DNA from: an uncultured virus (IMG/VR IMGVR_UViG_3300009105_000005)
Taxonomy: Duplodnaviria > Heunggongvirae > Uroviricota > Caudoviricetes
Length of the DNA: 64,000 nt
Direction: 5' to 3' (one strand)
IMG/VR virus record: IMGVR_UViG_3300009105_000005
Coordinates: 1 to 64,000 of that record
The notes beneath the pieces are model-generated. The model was not told where the DNA came from. It did not search any database and was given only the letters and a program-made list of their open reading frames with translations. The number at the start of each line of letters is the position of its first letter. Position 1 is the stretch's first letter. Shown here in pieces: positions 49,287-58,194 of this stretch. Position numbers and translations under genes: made by a program.

Positions 49287-51827
49287 TTATAGATCTATAA
49301 AATACCATCCACCCCTTTGCCTTGTGGGAGCCAGTATAATCAATTTTTCCTTAGCCCTTGTCATGCCGACATAAAACAGTCTGTAGATTTCATCTTTCTT
49401 TTGAGCAATGTTTTTGCCATCGGTCAGTTCTTTATATCCTTGATATGAAATATCAGGAAATAGATAGATGCAATTATGTACAACTATTTTATTTGCAATA
49501 TAATAATGCCACGGCTGGACCTTTAAAGAATATACCTTTCCATTATATAAATATTCTGAATATTCAGGCGTAAACCATTTTGCTTGTTGCTTTCCAACAT
49601 CAACCGGAACTTTCATTAGCCCTGGTAAAAAATTCACTGCTATTATTTCAAAACTATAATTTTGCCCTACCACTTGATTTCTTTTTGCTGAAATATTATT
49701 TTTATAAAACGGCCAACGAATATCCCGCCCAAATTCTTTAAGTAAATCAACAGCACGATTTTCCATACCTTTAAAACTGTTAAAAATATTATCAATCTTT
49801 TCTTGAGAAAGACTTCCCCTTGTAGCACGAAATACCATTCCAGAAATTCCATATTGAGTAGTTATTTTTGCTTCTTCAACTAAAGCATCGTATATATTAT
49901 CATGAACACCTAAGATCCATGATACTTCCGCACCTTCTCTACGAGTACGACCGCCAAGCCCAAATTGATATTTATCTCTACCTTTACGATTAAAATTATA
50001 TATAAGTTTACATTGTCCCACTCTCCACCAATTTTTCTTTTTCATTAAATAAGTAATATATTTCTTTTTTGCTAAATTATTTAATCTAACTGTCAAATGG
50101 TGATTAGGTGTTACCTCAGTAATGGCATCATCTTTTTTTAAGCAAATAATTTTTCCATTATATAATTGTGATGCTTTTATAAAACTATATCCATATAGGC
50201 CATTACTTCGCCTGCGTGTACCACGAAGAATTTTACTATTTCTTAAACTGAAACTAACAAGTTTATGTTTTGTAGAATCAAGGTTTCGAATTGGGATATA
50301 CCCATTAGTAGTTAAAATAGGAGTGTGCCCTGGATGGCAATCGGCTTCTCCGCCCTTAACACTATGGATGGTTCCAATAATAATTTTAGGCCGTTCACGA
50401 ACAGCTTCTTCCCCAAATCTCTTATACACACGGATAGGATAATCGAGTGCCGGTTGTCGGGATGCTAAAAGGTTTCCGTAAAGCCAGTCGATATCGCGGT
50501 TTAATGCCGGAGTTACCGCTTCGGCAGTTAAAAGCTGCTTTAGAACGTTTCTGGCAGTATGCAATCCTTCATGGCCTTCATCAATTGCCGCTTTCAGGGC
50601 TTTTATTCCCGCTTTTCCTTGTTTACGGATTAGGCCGCTCTCTCCAACTTTCAGATATTGCGCCCAAGAAATAAACTGCGGAATATTCCAATAATTATCA
50701 TCTATTCCACATGAAGCGAAGTTGACCAGCAGATCTCTGGCCGTAACTTTAGAATTTCCTGATTGAAGTGGGTTCCAGTCGCTTCTTTCTCTGCGGTATG
50801 GATTATGAAATGGCATTCCCTGTTCTCTCAGCAGCCTTTTTATCGGATCGATCATATAGGCGCATGTTGCCAGAAACATGATTGTTTTGCCTTCAAGAAG
50901 ATGCTGTTTAGCGTGGCCGAGAATAGCGTCCGGGTTGGTATATGTTTCATCAAGGATTTCTACGCTGCCTTCTGCTTGCCTTGGACTGTATTCTTTAGGT
51001 TCTCTTTTAGATATTTTACCTGTTAGCCTTATAGCCCTTTCAAAGACTGCCCTTGGAACTCTATATGACTGATCCAGAACCCTTTTAAATTTTTCATCTA
51101 TCGGCGGATTTAAAAAAGCATCCGGTGTTGCTCCGGCAAAACCATAAATAGTCTGATCATCATCTCCGACCAGAACGATCCATTGAGCCTGATTGCCCCA
51201 ACTTCTGACCAGCTCTAATTGTAGCCTTGTAAAATCCTGTGCTTCATCGACAAAGATTACATCCGGATTACCCGGGGCATAAGGAAGATCGGTTAGTGCA
51301 GTTTCGATCAGGTCGGTAAAATCCATAAAATCGCACTGCTTTTTAAAATCGTCCCATGCTTTGCTAAACGCCCTTAAAGCATATGGCCAATATCGGCGAT
51401 CGATCATTTTAGCCCTAAAGATATTCAGCATATTGAGAAGTTTATTCCCGCTATGTCTGCTTTCAATTCCATCAAGGTCACCACCGGCCATGGTGCTTTC
51501 GTCAAGACCGCCGATTCCTTTTTCATCGATGGCATACCTTGGATGCTCGGTGTTAAATTGCTTAAGATTCTTTTCAGCGATCTGTGGATTTCCAAGCTGG
51601 CGATAACAAAGGGCATGTAGTGTTCCAACGTGCTGTGGGTTCACAGGGATGGTTCGGCCAGTAGCAATACTTTTCTTGGATGCTATTTCCTGTGCGCCGG
51701 CTCGCGTAAAAGATGTGACGACCACTTTATCTGTGCCGAACTTTCTCACAGCATTAGGGATCTCCTCTGTAGCCAATCTGGTGCTTTTTCCCGTTCCCGG
51801 CGGCCCGAATATTCGAAGTTCCTTCAT
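49287..51827 (-). CDS. UvrD/Rep-like SF1 helicase containing an intein
   Basis: GPPGTGKS, VDEAQD, GDDDQTIY, QSYR, TIHSVKGGE and LFYVGMTRA. Confidence 0.95.
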   Translation of the reverse strand: MKELRIFGPPGTGKSTRLATEEIPNAVRKFGTDKVVVTSFTRAGAQEIASKKSIATGRTIPVNPQHVGTLHALCYRQLGNPQIAEKNLKQFNTEHPRYAIDEKGIGGLDESTMAGGDLDGIESRHSGNKLLNMLNIFRAKMIDRRYWPYALRAFSKAWDDFKKQCDFMDFTDLIETALTDLPYAPGNPDVIFVDEAQDFTRLQLELVRSWGNQAQWIVLVGDDDQTIYGFAGATPDAFLNPPIDEKFKRVLDQSYRVPRAVFERAIRLTGKISKREPKEYSPRQAEGSVEILDETYTNPDAILGHAKQHLLEGKTIMFLATCAYMIDPIKRLLREQGMPFHNPYRRERSDWNPLQSGNSKVTARDLLVNFASCGIDDNYWNIPQFISWAQYLKVGESGLIRKQGKAGIKALKAAIDEGHEGLHTARNVLKQLLTAEAVTPALNRDIDWLYGNLLASRQPALDYPIRVYKRFGEEAVRERPKIIIGTIHSVKGGEADCHPGHTPILTTNGYIPIRNLDSTKHKLVSFSLRNSKILRGTRRRSNGLYGYSFIKASQLYNGKIICLKKDDAITEVTPNHHLTVRLNNLAKKKYITYLMKKKNWWRVGQCKLIYNFNRKGRDKYQFGLGGRTRREGAEVSWILGVHDNIYDALVEEAKITTQYGISGMVFRATRGSLSQEKIDNIFNSFKGMENRAVDLLKEFGRDIRWPFYKNNISAKRNQVVGQNYSFEIIAVNFLPGLMKVPVDVGKQQAKWFTPEYSEYLYNGKVYSLKVQPWHYYIANKIVVHNCIYLFPDISYQGYKELTDGKNIAQKKDEIYRLFYVGMTRAKEKLIILAPTRQRGGWYFIDL
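49473..50339 (-). mobile_element. Intein (289 aa) in helicase motif V
   Basis: GGEAD|CHPGHTPILT, block B TPNH, VYSLKV..YIANKIVVHN|C. AT-rich relative to the exteins. Confidence 0.9.
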
Positions 51828-51865
51828 TTTTTATTTTGGCCCTTTATATATAAGACAGCTTTCTT

Positions 51866-52050
51866 CGACTACCAAAACGCCTCGTACCTCTCCTGACATG
51901 TGGATTGTAGTCGGTTTGTAGTCGGAATGTATTCGATTTGTAGTCATAGTTAAGTATGTACAATTAAAGATTATTTTATTGATGTAGTCAGATAGTCAGA
52001 TTGAAACAAAAAAAGTAAAAAAGGTTTTCTATATATATAAGGACTACAAA
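51866..52050. repeat. Iteron-like TGTAGTC repeats in AT-rich intergenic region (candidate replication origin)
   Basis: TGTAGTC at ~51906, 51917, 51939 and 51983, TAGTC at ~51993, and inverted GACTAC at ~51868 and ~52042. Lies between primase and helicase genes. Confidence 0.5.
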
Positions 52051-52134
52051 ACTTATTCTTTCTAAGTCCAAAGTCCCAAGTTCCAACCACCGTGACCATC
52101 GCAGCCGGCGTTAAGTTCCAAGTTCGTTATTTTA

Positions 52135-52206
52135 TATTTCGCTATCTTTCTGTGGGTTTCTTTTTTCACTTGGCTCGCTACCTCTCTTGGGGTTAATCAT
52201 GCCTAT
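52135..52206 (-). repeat. Two-unit TIGR-like mini-array overlapping the primase stop codon
   Basis: On +: tatttcgct-N9-tgggtttct-N9-tggctcgct-N9-ggggttaat. Confidence 0.65.
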
Positions 52207-54112
52207 CGGCGTTTCTTTTATCATCCAGATGTACCACGTCGGCTCCTTCGGATTCTGCCTGCGGTGCGGTGTTTAGTGTTCTTGATGGATCGATTATTGC
52301 TATGGGGACTTTCCAGCATTTAACTGAGGTTACTTTTTTATCGGTCTTTTTCCTGTAGCTGATACTTTTCTTTGATAACCCAAGGTCAAATTCCAATATT
52401 CGGAACAGGATTTCTCTTGGGTCTCGGTTGTTGCATGTTTGTCGGGTATAGGCATCGAACTGTATGGGGAACATGTACCAATTGCCTTTATGGATGAACG
52501 GTTGGTTGTCGGGCGCGCCTTCTTCGACTGGGTATTTTGGTCGGCTCTTGAGATACTTTTTTAGCCAGATTTTAACGATGCCGATTGCAGTACGCATTTC
52601 ATCGACAGGCACATCTTCAACTATTGACATGATAAGGTCTGCGAGTTTGTCATCCCATTCCTTTTTTGAGCATACGATTCTTTTTTTAATTAAGTTACCG
52701 ACTTGTTCTCTGAACTGGCGGAATTCCATTAGTTTATTTGAACTTCGGAATTCCGTTTTTTTATTATTGACAATCAGCCGGAACACTGGCGGATCTTCCG
52801 GGAAGCACAGAATTCTGATATCTTGAAAGCCAAGGCGTTTACAGACAGCTTTGCGGTTTTGGTCAATGTTTTGATAATCGGAGCCGGTAAGGTCGGCGGC
52901 GACATCTACGGCTTTTTGGGCTTCTTCGGTTTCGATCTTTGAGCGGGCATTGATGATCGTCCGGATGTACTTTTGTATATTGCTCAGGTGTAAGTCATGG
53001 CCGTGCTTACGCCTGAACGCAATCATGAGATCCATGATCTCTTGATCTGTCCAGTTGCATTGGGCTGCCATTAAAGCCAGTGTGAAATCGTAGCCCGAAG
53101 GTGATGTGTCGTTGAGTTCATCATCTCGGTCATTATTCCAGGTGTTTATAAATTCGGGTGCAAATATTTGGTTGATAGCGGCGAACTTTTCGAAGGACGG
53201 TTCAGCATTTTCGTTAAGTTCCAAGGTCTTTGATTTTTCTTTGATTTCCTGGGTTATATTTACGACCTTATTGGCGCTTGTATTTTTTGGTTTACTTTCC
53301 GAACAAGACTCGCTATCCGTAATAGGGTTGCTCGCTCCCCGTGGCTCGCTTTTCCCAAGTGGGTTGCTGGCGCTTGATGGCTCGCTGACGACTTCAGGGT
53401 TACTCTGGGTTATTGGCTCGCTATTTGAGATTAGGTTACTTGAGATGCTTGGCTCAATTTCAAGCAGGATTTCATCGAAATCATCCGGGTTGTATCTGAC
53501 TTTTTCGTTATACTGCAACACTGTGGCCATGACAGGGTCGCAGTTTTCTTTTTGATTGACTGTACCGATCGGACGCATTAGGCGGTCTAAATTAGAAGTG
53601 TTGTCGATTTCCCATCCTTTTTCATTGGCACGTTCTTTGATGGTGGCCTGTAGCCGGCGGGAAAGTCCCAAGGTTTCTGCCCATTCATCTTGGTCGTCAA
53701 ACATCAAGGGTTCTTTGAACAACCACCACGCCTGGAGTCCATGTCCGGAGTGCATGATTATGGTTGGGTCCCACCCATAACTTTCGATCAGTGAGCGTGC
53801 TTCTTCGATGGTTGCAGGCAGGTTTTTCTTTTTATGGGCGTGTTTATGCTGGACGTCTATATCGATGAAGAAGCCCGGGATGCCGTGAACTTGATCGACG
53901 GTCATTCTTTTATATTTGCCACGGTTTTGCCATGACATACCGGCGCAGATGTAGATATTTTGCTTACCTGCAATATAAGCGGCGGCTTCCAGGTGGCTTT
54001 GGAACCATTTGGACCGGCCTTGTTTTGGGTCGAGATCTTTTTCCCATGTTAAGATCCAGGTCCGATCATCTTTGAGGCCGAACAGTTGGTCTATAAATTG
54101 CTTAGTGTCCAT
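52193..54112 (-). CDS. Putative DNA primase / replication protein (RepB-like AEP N-terminal domain)
   Basis: FFIDIDV, SGHGLQAWW and RLMRPIGTVN. Helical domain D-x-SGYDF..W. Adjacent to the helicase. Confidence 0.75.
   Translation of the reverse strand: MDTKQFIDQLFGLKDDRTWILTWEKDLDPKQGRSKWFQSHLEAAAYIAGKQNIYICAGMSWQNRGKYKRMTVDQVHGIPGFFIDIDVQHKHAHKKKNLPATIEEARSLIESYGWDPTIIMHSGHGLQAWWLFKEPLMFDDQDEWAETLGLSRRLQATIKERANEKGWEIDNTSNLDRLMRPIGTVNQKENCDPVMATVLQYNEKVRYNPDDFDEILLEIEPSISSNLISNSEPITQSNPEVVSEPSSASNPLGKSEPRGASNPITDSESCSESKPKNTSANKVVNITQEIKEKSKTLELNENAEPSFEKFAAINQIFAPEFINTWNNDRDDELNDTSPSGYDFTLALMAAQCNWTDQEIMDLMIAFRRKHGHDLHLSNIQKYIRTIINARSKIETEEAQKAVDVAADLTGSDYQNIDQNRKAVCKRLGFQDIRILCFPEDPPVFRLIVNNKKTEFRSSNKLMEFRQFREQVGNLIKKRIVCSKKEWDDKLADLIMSIVEDVPVDEMRTAIGIVKIWLKKYLKSRPKYPVEEGAPDNQPFIHKGNWYMFPIQFDAYTRQTCNNRDPREILFRILEFDLGLSKKSISYRKKTDKKVTSVKCWKVPIAIIDPSRTLNTAPQAESEGADVVHLDDKRNADRHD
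53270..53458 (-). repeat. Five-unit TIGR-like array in frame inside the primase CDS
   Basis: Sense AGCGAGCCA and AGYAACCCW alternate with exact 9-nt spacers. Encodes SEP-xxx-SNP-xxx. Confidence 0.85.
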
Positions 54113-54118
54113 AAATGA

Positions 54119-54607
54119 CTATAATTTCTCCTGTTCGGTATAGATTGCTTTTCTTAGCACTCTTTCATAATCGATCAGATAGTAGTATTTGTCGGTGAAG
54201 ACTTTTTTGACTTTATACCGGGCTGTTTTATGGGAAATACCAATGATAATACCTTCTCCAAACTGTTGAATAACGACATAGTCTCCAAATTTAAAATCCG
54301 GCCTAATATTACACCAGTTTACCCATTTCATTACCCATTCCGTATAGACAGTGTTGTGGTCGTAATAAATTTCTTCGAGTATTTCTATGAGTTCTGTATT
54401 AATGCCATACCAACAGCATTTGTCGTCCAGAAATTTTGCAAGTTTGTATCCGTTACTTGCACCTTCGAATTTAATTGCTTTAAGAAGGTCACTCCGGATT
54501 TGCTTTTCATCGTATTCTGATCCTTGATGCCAGTTAATGACGTTTTTAATTGTCCGATCTATGGTTCCATTGATGATGCCAGGATCGTATTTCCATGGCC
54601 GTTTCAT
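54119..54607 (-). CDS. Hypothetical protein
   Basis: NGYKLAKFLD..WV..NIRP..GD..G.I pattern. Start moved to MKRPW. Confidence 0.55.
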   Translation of the reverse strand: MKRPWKYDPGIINGTIDRTIKNVINWHQGSEYDEKQIRSDLLKAIKFEGASNGYKLAKFLDDKCCWYGINTELIEILEEIYYDHNTVYTEWVMKWVNWCNIRPDFKFGDYVVIQQFGEGIIIGISHKTARYKVKKVFTDKYYYLIDYERVLRKAIYTEQEKL

Positions 54608-54896
54608 GGTGTTCCCCTTTGCCCTGTTTTTCCCCATTTTTTGGCATGGTTCCAACATAAAAACAGGGCGGCTTTTTGAGTTGAAACTCACATGGCTTAT
54701 CGCTACATATGGTTCAACTGATTGCCGCCCTATTTTTTTTGGGGGATTAAGTTGGAGTGTCTGATTGCTCCCCAGGGCTAATGCTTTACGGCTACATTTG
54801 CGCTTGAGACATTATTGCCGTCGTCCGGGCTTATTCGGTCTTATTGGACAGGAAGCGAGTTTTGCAGCGCCCGACAGACACTAAGTTTATAGCAAG

Positions 54897-55688
54897 TTAG
54901 GCTGCTGCCTTTTGTTCGGCGGCCGGAGCATCGTATCCGGCCTCGGTGTGCGCCATTTCCTTGGCTGTCTTTTTCAGGAACGGAGTGATGTTTGCGACAT
55001 ACTCGTTAATGGCCGGAATTTGCTCGGCCGGAATTGAATCCTTCAACGGAGTGAAGATAACCTTGCTGTACTCCACGCTTCCGGTGCGGGATTTATCCTT
55101 TTCCAGAGTCAGCCGTGTAACCACGTGATGCGGTTCCATACCGGCCGAAGTTAGCCCAATCAGGTATTGAAGGGCGTTCTTCAATGAGGCCGGAGCAGCG
55201 TTTAGGGTCATGGGCAGGATGTTCCCTTCCCGCAGGAAGAAGAACGTGCGTTTTTTGCTGCACGCCTGACCATCGCCTTTGCCGCCCTTAGCGGTTCCGA
55301 ATTTGGCCATGGGGCAATCTTTGCACTTACCGGATGCGCTCGGGCATTCGGGGTTGCCGATGCCGTTGACTGCATCTTCGGAGAAACAATCCGGTGGAGT
55401 TGGATCGCCTTCGCCGTAGGGAACTTCCCAATAGGTACGATTGACGGCATTATAGATGATAAGAACATTCAATTCTTTTATTTCATCGATGCCGCCGAAT
55501 TTCGGAACTTCCCATGTGGTTCCGCCGGAGCCGGGGATTTTTACCCGTTCCAGATCCAGAGCGGAAAGCTGTTCTCCGCCGAGGTTGTTTTCGATAACCT
55601 CTTTGATGTCAATGTCCTGACGCATAATGGCATAATTTTGAATGCCGACTACAGCCACTTCCTTGCCTTTTGTATTTTTTTTACTCAT
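54897..55688 (-). CDS. Conserved phage replication-module protein (possible ssDNA-binding/annealing)
   Basis: PPDCFSED..CKDCP..FG..GQAC motif. Replication-region context. Confidence 0.55.
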   Translation of the reverse strand: MSKKNTKGKEVAVVGIQNYAIMRQDIDIKEVIENNLGGEQLSALDLERVKIPGSGGTTWEVPKFGGIDEIKELNVLIIYNAVNRTYWEVPYGEGDPTPPDCFSEDAVNGIGNPECPSASGKCKDCPMAKFGTAKGGKGDGQACSKKRTFFFLREGNILPMTLNAAPASLKNALQYLIGLTSAGMEPHHVVTRLTLEKDKSRTGSVEYSKVIFTPLKDSIPAEQIPAINEYVANITPFLKKTAKEMAHTEAGYDAPAAEQKAAA

Positions 55689-55781
55689 AAAGCTTCAATA
55701 CTCCTTGTTTAAGTGGTCTAAAGTTTAAAAGTTCAAAGTTTGTTTTTCCACCCCCTCTCTTATTTGATTCCGGTTTAGTGG

Positions 55782-56123
55782 TTATGCTGCCTTGGTCTGA
55801 GCGTCGGCAGGTTTGTCCACTGTTACGGTTTCTCCTACAGACGGGACTACCTTAATTTTCCTTTTGGAGACAATCACATCTGTTTGAGGTTTGTTAGAAA
55901 ACAAAGAAGACAAAATTTTATTATACCACTTTGCTTTTCGTTTCTTTTGGTTGAAGTAGGCGCGGGCGAGGCACACGATGCAGATCGATTCTTTATCAGG
56001 TTCGCTGATATCGATCCGGTGATCGGTGCATTTCAGTCCGCATTCGGCGCAGATTTTAAATCTTTTTTGGGGCGCATTACGGCCCCTGCCGACTTTAATT
56101 GCTTGAAAGATAATTTTACCCAT
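55782..56123 (-). CDS. Hypothetical protein with CxxC motifs
   Basis: CAEC..CIVC and RBS AAGGA. Confidence 0.5.
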   Translation of the reverse strand: MGKIIFQAIKVGRGRNAPQKRFKICAECGLKCTDHRIDISEPDKESICIVCLARAYFNQKKRKAKWYNKILSSLFSNKPQTDVIVSKRKIKVVPSVGETVTVDKPADAQTKAA

Positions 56124-56145
56124 TGGTTTTCCTTTCTATAGGTAT

Positions 56146-56538
56146 TTATGATGTTTTTGACCGGAGCGTAATAACGCTGTTGATACTGATACGGCCTTCG
56201 AATGCTTCGGGGAGCTTTTCGCCGTTTCTGGTCATTTCGGCAAGCAGGGCATTGAGTGAAGTAGTGTTATACCCTTCGTCAATATAGCTTTGGAAGCCTG
56301 CCTCTTTGAGTGCTTCGATGGCGTCCCTTTTGGATTTAACTTGAGACACGATACGGACATGCGGGTGGATTGTTCGGCCCAGGATAGTTATTTTGTCGAT
56401 CTTTTCGTCTGCGAGATTTTCCACCAGCGCCGGGCCGATATCGTTTTTGCGTTTTTTGAGCTTATTGACCTTGGCGTCAAGGTCAGCTATTTCATTTTCA
56501 AGTTGAGCAAATTCCCGTAATCCTTCCATGTCTAACAT
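56146..56538 (-). CDS. Conserved phage coiled-coil protein
   Basis: N-terminal coiled coil. RBS AAGGAG before MLDMEG. Confidence 0.6.
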   Translation of the reverse strand: MLDMEGLREFAQLENEIADLDAKVNKLKKRKNDIGPALVENLADEKIDKITILGRTIHPHVRIVSQVKSKRDAIEALKEAGFQSYIDEGYNTTSLNALLAEMTRNGEKLPEAFEGRISINSVITLRSKTS

Positions 56539-56784
56539 GGGATTCTCCTTTAGTAAGATTTTCAAAGAATGCTGACACATTTATCACACTATCAGTAAGA
56601 ATACAATTAAAAAATTTTATTTTTTAGGAACTTTTTTAGGTGATAATAGCAGATTGTTATGCCCTTGCCCCATAATTTGCACATCAGCCAGATACACCAA
56701 GATATGATGGCTATTGCGGCCAATTCATCATTAGGGCTACATATAATTTCATGGGCTGAGATGATCTTGGCTGGTCCTTTATAG

Positions 56785-57051
56785 TTAAGAAGATATTCCA
56801 ACATTGAAATTTCGGAATAAGATTTCTTTACGTTTGCAGTCCGGGCAATATAGATGCCAACAGTCGCCGCAGTCCAGATCTTCGGCATTTGGAGCCATGC
56901 AGTCGAATTCGCCCCAATAATCTTTCACCCCATATCCGCAGTCAGAGCATATACGGAAGCCACAATTTGGGCATGGTCTTATGTTGCCCCATGAAACGTT
57001 CTGCAGGTCGTACAACCACTCCCAGAACATCTCTTTCTTAAACGGCATCAT
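56785..57051 (-). CDS. Cys-rich small protein
   Basis: Several CxxC pairs. Confidence 0.45.
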   Translation of the reverse strand: MMPFKKEMFWEWLYDLQNVSWGNIRPCPNCGFRICSDCGYGVKDYWGEFDCMAPNAEDLDCGDCWHLYCPDCKRKEILFRNFNVGISS

Positions 57052-57281
57052 GCTTGCTCCAGGTTGTCTGCTATTGAACACATTTTCTTAGTGATGCTGT
57101 CGATTTCTCTTTGCACCATCATTAACTTGACCTTTAGATCACATTTAGGCTTCGAGGGGCATTCGGTGCATTTTCCATTTATATACAAATGCCAATTGTT
57201 ACATTCTGATAAAGGTATCATTGGATTATTATTCCCTCTGTGGCAAAGACGGTGGCCGTACAGATCGTCTTTAGATTTCAT
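57048..57281 (-). CDS. Hypothetical protein
   Basis: Coupled ORF. Confidence 0.45.
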   Translation of the reverse strand: MKSKDDLYGHRLCHRGNNNPMIPLSECNNWHLYINGKCTECPSKPKCDLKVKLMMVQREIDSITKKMCSIADNLEQA

Positions 57282-57311
57282 TTGGACGGTTTTTATCGGG
57301 ATTTACTCATA

Positions 57312-57506
57312 TTATAAAACCAAATCTGAAGCATTAACATTGAGAGTAAAACTTTTACCTGATAGTGGTCCGTCTATAAATTCGATATCCACTCTGGTTT
57401 CACTGCTAAATTGTTCAGCGTGCCAGTCTGGTCCGGCATTTAGCACTTTGACATGAAACAACTGATCATTTAATAAGCTTATTAATTTTTGTCTTTTTGT
57501 ACTCAT
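57312..57506 (-). CDS. Hypothetical protein
   Basis: ORF in operon. Confidence 0.45.
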   Translation of the reverse strand: MSTKRQKLISLLNDQLFHVKVLNAGPDWHAEQFSSETRVDIEFIDGPLSGKSFTLNVNASDLVL

Positions 57507-57511
57507 TTAAA

Positions 57512-57874
57512 TTAGCGTCCTTTCCGTATTTTATTTATACGTTTAGGTAGATGTCCGCTTTTGGAAAATCTTGCTGTTCTAATTAGGCCCCAAATTCCAA
57601 ATTCAACTTGCGGTGTTTTGAATTTTTGGATCTGGTTGTAATAATCGGAGCGTGCTTTTTCCTGGGCTATATCCAAAGCAATTTCGAATTCAAAATCGGG
57701 TAGCGTTTCAAACAGCACCTCGTCGATGGGTGGCAGATCATAGATTTCATCGATGACTTTGATACAGCCTGTAACTTCGTAATATTGGCCATTGATTATG
57801 ACGATGGTTATTTCTTCAGAAATTGTTGAAGAAGTATCAAAAGGGTCTGGTCTACTGGTAGCTGTTGCAATCAT
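57512..57874 (-). CDS. Hypothetical protein
   Basis: Coupled ORF. Confidence 0.5.
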   Translation of the reverse strand: MIATATSRPDPFDTSSTISEEITIVIINGQYYEVTGCIKVIDEIYDLPPIDEVLFETLPDFEFEIALDIAQEKARSDYYNQIQKFKTPQVEFGIWGLIRTARFSKSGHLPKRINKIRKGR

Positions 57875-58194
57875 GTATTTATAAGCCCTCTGGCTGGTGT
57901 AGTGAGTTTGCCTTTTGGTTGGGGTTCCTGGATTTTAAATTCATCACAATCAACCCACTGTTTGAGCCTGTCAAAACAGTTTTCTGCTGACCAATAGACC
58001 ACGTTAGGTGCTTCGAGTTCGGGGGCGTATTTTTGGATAGCATTTTCGTACCATCTTTGAGTGAATGTTGAATAAATAACGAACAGACAATTTGGTTTTT
58101 CCTGGATTTGCTCGATCAGGCTGCCAAAAAGCGATATGATACTATCTTCGCACCCCGGGCCGACACCGCCGAAATCCATTATATAGATATCCAC
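57871..58194 (-). CDS. Hypothetical protein (start uncertain)
   Basis: ORF in operon. Confidence 0.45.
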   Translation of the reverse strand: MDIYIMDFGGVGPGCEDSIISLFGSLIEQIQEKPNCLFVIYSTFTQRWYENAIQKYAPELEAPNVVYWSAENCFDRLKQWVDCDEFKIQEPQPKGKLTTPARGLINT

